Assembly: GCA_050486345.1 (NCBI GenBank)
Contig: JBJHDC010000004.1
Coordinates: 1 to 51,506, forward strand
DNA length: 51,506 bases
Reading direction: 5' to 3'
From: Dehalococcoidia bacterium
Lineage (GTDB): Bacteria; Chloroflexota; Dehalococcoidia; UBA2979
Program-made: the position numbers and the translations under genes
Shown here: positions 47,997-51,506 of the stretch, piece by piece
Layout: every line of letters begins with the position of its first letter
How positions within the stretch are numbered: position 1 is the first letter of the stretch
Notes under the pieces: generated by a model
The model's input: the letters and a program-made list of their open reading frames with translations, nothing else
Database searches by the model: none
What the model was told of the DNA's origin: nothing

Positions 47997-49085
47997 CTAG
48001 CTCGCCGCGGCCAGCATGGGCTGGTGGCGCGGCTCTGTGGAGCCCTCAGCATAGAGATGACAGGCCACGCGGTGGTCCGGTGCCGCCTCGACAATCGGTG
48101 GGCGCTCCTCAGCGCACACCTCCATGGCGTACGGGCACCGTGTGCGGAACCGGCAGCCGGAGGGCGGGTCGAGCGGGCTCGGGATCTCGCCCTCCAGTGG
48201 GGGCGCCTCAATCGACGGCTCGTCGTCGGCCAGCCGCGGGATGGAGGCGAGCAGGGCCTGCGTATATGGGTGCAGGGGGTTGGCGTAGAGCCGCTCCGCG
48301 CTGGTCATCTCCACCGCCTGGCCGAGGTACATCACCAGCACCTCGTCGCTCATGTACTGCACCACGTTCAGGTCATGGCTGATGAACAGATAGGTGAGCT
48401 GCAGCTCCTGCTGCAGGTCCTTCAGCAGGTTGAGCACCTGCGCCTGGACGGACTTGTCCAATGCGGAGACGGCCTCATCGCACACCACAAGCTTCGGTGA
48501 GAGCGCCAGGGCGCGCGCGATGTTCACGCGCTGGCGCTGGCCTCCGGACATCTGGTGCGGGTAGTAGGAGGCGTGGTTGCCGTGCAGGCCTACCTGCTCC
48601 AGCAGCCAACGCGTCCGCTCCTGCTGCTCCTCCTTCGAGAATCCGTGGACCTTCATGGGGAAGGAGATGATCTCACCGATGGAGGCGCGCGGGTTGAGCG
48701 CAGAGTGGGGGTCCTGGAAGACCATCTGCATGTTGCGCCGGAGCTGCCGGCGGTCGTTCCGCGTCTGCGGACTTTCCCGCTGAGCACGCAGGTTCCGGCC
48801 CTCGAAGAGCACCGTCCCCTCATCCATGGGGATCAACCCCAACAGGAGCCTCGCCGCAGTGGACTTGCCGCAGCCTGATTCGCCCACGATGCCCACCGTG
48901 GTGCCCCGCTTCACATTGAAGGAGAGGCCGTCCACGGCGGAGACGTAGCCCTTCTTGAGCAGGCTGAGACGAACGGGGAACCGCTTGCTCACCCCTCGTA
49001 CTTCCAGCAGCGGTGGAGTGCCGGGTGGTTCCGTGCTGACTGTGGGGGTGCCGGTAATCTCGGGGACCTGTGCCTCTGTCGTCAT
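47997..49085 (-). CDS. Oligopeptide/dipeptide ABC transporter ATP-binding protein (OppF/DppF-like)
   Basis: GESGCGKST, MSGGQRQR, DEAVSALD, HPYT and PPSGCRFRTRCP. Confidence 0.94.
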   Translation of the reverse strand: MTTEAQVPEITGTPTVSTEPPGTPPLLEVRGVSKRFPVRLSLLKKGYVSAVDGLSFNVKRGTTVGIVGESGCGKSTAARLLLGLIPMDEGTVLFEGRNLRAQRESPQTRNDRRQLRRNMQMVFQDPHSALNPRASIGEIISFPMKVHGFSKEEQQERTRWLLEQVGLHGNHASYYPHQMSGGQRQRVNIARALALSPKLVVCDEAVSALDKSVQAQVLNLLKDLQQELQLTYLFISHDLNVVQYMSDEVLVMYLGQAVEMTSAERLYANPLHPYTQALLASIPRLADDEPSIEAPPLEGEIPSPLDPPSGCRFRTRCPYAMEVCAEERPPIVEAAPDHRVACHLYAEGSTEPRHQPMLAAAS

Positions 49086-49097
49086 GACGTCTGCCTC

Positions 49098-49997
49098 CTA
49101 GCCGCGCACATCAAGCGAGTCACGGATAGCGTCCGCGAGCATGTTGAATGCGATCGAGGTAATGAAGATGAAGAGTCCTGGGAGAGCCGCCACCCACGGG
49201 TTCACGTAGATGGTTCCGCGCAGGGCGTTGAGCATGTACCCCCACTCCGCTGCTGGAGGCGAGACCCCCAGCCCGAGGAAGGAGAGGCTCGCCGCAATCA
49301 CGATCGAGAGTCCCACCAGTCCGGAGGCATACACGAAGATCGGACTGAAGATGTTCGCCAGTACCTGCGTGACGAGGATCTTTGGGGTGCTGGCGCCGGT
49401 AAGTCGTGCAGCCTCGATGAACTCAGCGACAGCGACACGTCGGGTGGCCGCCTCCGCGACCCTCGCAAGCGGCGCGATGTAGACGATGGTCATCGCGATG
49501 ATCACGTTGGTGAGCCCCGGCCCCAGGGAGGCGGAGACGGCGATCGCCAGGAGCACTGCGGGGAATGCGTAGAGCATGTCCATGCCGCGCATGATCACGG
49601 CGCCGACCCAGCCCTTCAGGTAGCCAGAGACCGCACCCAGCGTGGTGCCGATGATGGTTGCAATGATTACGGGCGTGAGCCCGGCGACTAGCGAGAGGCG
49701 GCCGCCGTACAGAAGGCGGGTGAGCATGTCTCGACCCTGCTCGTCCGTGCCCAGGATGTGGCCCGCTGAGCCGATGGGCTGGAGGCGCTCGGTGGCTACG
49801 CCGATCGTCGGGTCATACGGGGTCAGGAGCGGCGCTGCGATAGCGCTGGCCGCCAACAGAATGAGAATGCCCAGTGAGACCAGTCCCGTGCGGTTGGTCA
49901 TGAACCGCCGGCGTGCTGATTGGAGATACGACTCCGGCTCCGCCGGAACGTCTCGCTCCAGCCACTGTGCGGCGATCGATGGTGCGGCTGTGGTCAT
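49098..49997 (-). CDS. Oligopeptide/dipeptide ABC transporter permease (OppC/DppC-like)
   Basis: LGTDEQGRD, EFIEAARLTGAS and SLSFLGLG...EWG. Start at MTTAAP. Confidence 0.92.
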   Translation of the reverse strand: MTTAAPSIAAQWLERDVPAEPESYLQSARRRFMTNRTGLVSLGILILLAASAIAAPLLTPYDPTIGVATERLQPIGSAGHILGTDEQGRDMLTRLLYGGRLSLVAGLTPVIIATIIGTTLGAVSGYLKGWVGAVIMRGMDMLYAFPAVLLAIAVSASLGPGLTNVIIAMTIVYIAPLARVAEAATRRVAVAEFIEAARLTGASTPKILVTQVLANIFSPIFVYASGLVGLSIVIAASLSFLGLGVSPPAAEWGYMLNALRGTIYVNPWVAALPGLFIFITSIAFNMLADAIRDSLDVRG

Positions 49998-50055
49998 CGG
50001 AGGCTCCTTCTTGCTCCTCGCGAACGGGCGGGCGGCCCTATGTGCTGGCAGTGCG

Positions 50056-51000
50056 CTACGTCGCTCGCTTCTGACGCGGGTCGAAGGTGGCCTGCAACAG
50101 GTCCACGGCCAGGTTGAGCAGCACGAATGTGACTGCGATGACCACAGTGGCGGCCTGCACGACCAGCAGGTCACGCGCTGTGATGGCGGTGAAGACCAGT
50201 TGCCCCAGCCCCGGCCACGAGAAGATCGTCTCGATGAGCACAGAGCCGCCTAGCAAGTAGCCCACCTGTAGGCCGGACGTGGTGAGTACAGGCGAGATGG
50301 CGTTCTTGCCGACGTGAACCAGCACCTGCCACTCGCGTAGGCCCTTCGCCCGCAACAGTTCCACAAACTCCGCCTGGTACGTCTCCACGATGCTGGCACG
50401 GGTGACGCGGGCCGTGATCGCAACCGTGATGAGCGATCCTGCGATGACTGGCATGATCATGTACTTCGCGTATGACCACACCCCATCGCTCAGGTCGCCA
50501 ATGCCTCCGGCAGGCAACCACTGCAACTGCGCAGAGAAGATGATCAGCATGAGGATTGCGATCCAGAACGATGGGACGCTGAGCCCGACGATCGCAGCGC
50601 CGGTCACGACGCGGTCGATGTAGGAGCCCCGGTACACGCCTGCCACCGTTCCGGCCGCGACCCCCAGGGTGAGCCCGAAGAATGCCGAGACGCTCGCGAG
50701 GATCGCAGTGTTCTGCCAGGCGTTCGCGATCAGTTCGGACACTTCGCGACGTCGGAACGGTGAATAGCCGAAGTCGCCCTGCACGAAGTTGCCGAGCCAG
50801 CTCACGTAGCGGACCGGCAGAGGTCGATCCAGGCCGAGGTCACTTTCAAGACGAGCGCGATCCTCGGGGAGCGCATCCGGGGCGAGGAGACCCGCCAGCG
50901 GGTCTCCTGGGAGGATGGACAGCAGGAGCCAGATCACCAGCGTGACGCCGATCAACGTCGGAATCGCCATGCCGAGGCGGCGTAGAACGACCTGGATCAT
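50056..51000 (-). CDS. Oligopeptide/dipeptide ABC transporter permease (OppB/DppB-like)
   Basis: PGDP, LGLDRPL, GDFGYS, RAKGL and [10 protein letters not shown]. Confidence 0.93.
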   Translation of the reverse strand: MIQVVLRRLGMAIPTLIGVTLVIWLLLSILPGDPLAGLLAPDALPEDRARLESDLGLDRPLPVRYVSWLGNFVQGDFGYSPFRRREVSELIANAWQNTAILASVSAFFGLTLGVAAGTVAGVYRGSYIDRVVTGAAIVGLSVPSFWIAILMLIIFSAQLQWLPAGGIGDLSDGVWSYAKYMIMPVIAGSLITVAITARVTRASIVETYQAEFVELLRAKGLREWQVLVHVGKNAISPVLTTSGLQVGYLLGGSVLIETIFSWPGLGQLVFTAITARDLLVVQAATVVIAVTFVLLNLAVDLLQATFDPRQKRAT

Positions 51001-51506
51001 GACCGGGCTCCGTTCGTGGGTGGCACTGTGGAGATCTCGAAGGCGGCGGACCGAGTTGCGGCAAGTGCCTCAATCGACACGGGACAGCGGGACAGGTGGT
51101 TGGATTCGCCGCTGGGCACAGCTGCCAACTCCGGGAGGCTGTCCCAGCAGCGGTCCTCCGCGATTGGGCACCGCGGAGCGAAAGAGCATCCCGGGGGCAA
51201 GTTCGCGAGGTTGGGTGGGGAGCCGGGAATGGCCATCGGACGGTCCGTCTGACCGGGCCGTACGTTGGCCTCCAGAAGTCCCTGCGTGTAGGGATGCTGC
51301 GGTGAGCGCACGATGTCCTGCACCGCGCCCTGCTCCACCACGCGCCCCGCGTACATGACGGCGATGTCGTCTGCGATCGCCGCAGCAACCGACAGATCAT
51401 GCGTGACGAAGATGACGCCCATCCCCAGGCGATCCTTCAAGTCACGGAAGAGTTCGAGGATGCGCGCCTGCACGGTCACATCCAGCGCGGTGGTCGGCTC
51501 GTCGGC
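50997..51506 (-). CDS. Oligopeptide/dipeptide ABC transporter ATP-binding protein (OppD/DppD-like), 5' truncated by window edge
   Basis: Frame open to the window end: [26 protein letters not shown] and GCSFAPRCP. Confidence 0.93.
   Translation of the reverse strand, partial: ADEPTTALDVTVQARILELFRDLKDRLGMGVIFVTHDLSVAAAIADDIAVMYAGRVVEQGAVQDIVRSPQHPYTQGLLEANVRPGQTDRPMAIPGSPPNLANLPPGCSFAPRCPIAEDRCWDSLPELAAVPSGESNHLSRCPVSIEALAATRSAAFEISTVPPTNGARS

Overview
A high-GC bacterial chromosomal segment with about 45 CDSs and two tRNA genes (tRNA-Arg(CCT), tRNA-Ala(CGC)). Gene content suggests Chloroflexota/Dehalococcoidia (inference only): paralogous Tat-lipoprotein family-5 solute-binding proteins, two luciferase-like monooxygenases, a MetE-like enzyme, a tandem CaiB CoA-transferase and EthD. 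Housekeeping genes are nrdJ (with an NrdR box), pepP, a D,D-carboxypeptidase, ffh-rpsP-khpA-rimM, gap, eno, xerD, pcm and uvrC. Accessory modules are sbtA-sbtB, an Rrf2-linked sulfatase/arylsulfotransferase/SBP unit, an aromatic/CoA catabolic cluster, an IsdG/HmoA-like monooxygenase, an HrtAB-like exporter, and an Opp/Dpp transporter with an amidase and a GatC/AtzG-like partner. No CRISPR array, transposase, prophage or rRNA was seen. The best candidate for an undescribed system is a two-ORF cassette directly downstream of nrdJ (1307-2849): an NDT-like (nucleoside 2-deoxyribosyltransferase/TIR-like) effector coupled to an unrecognised helical protein, bordered by a frameshifted DUF1801 remnant and an inverted repeat, possibly anti-phage defence. 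Other oddities are a REP-like repeat translated in-frame inside NrdJ, an Ffh with degenerate GTPase motifs, a GAPDH with NADP-type signatures, several apparently leaderless genes and candidate structured RNAs. All calls come from motif recognition by eye; no database searches were run.
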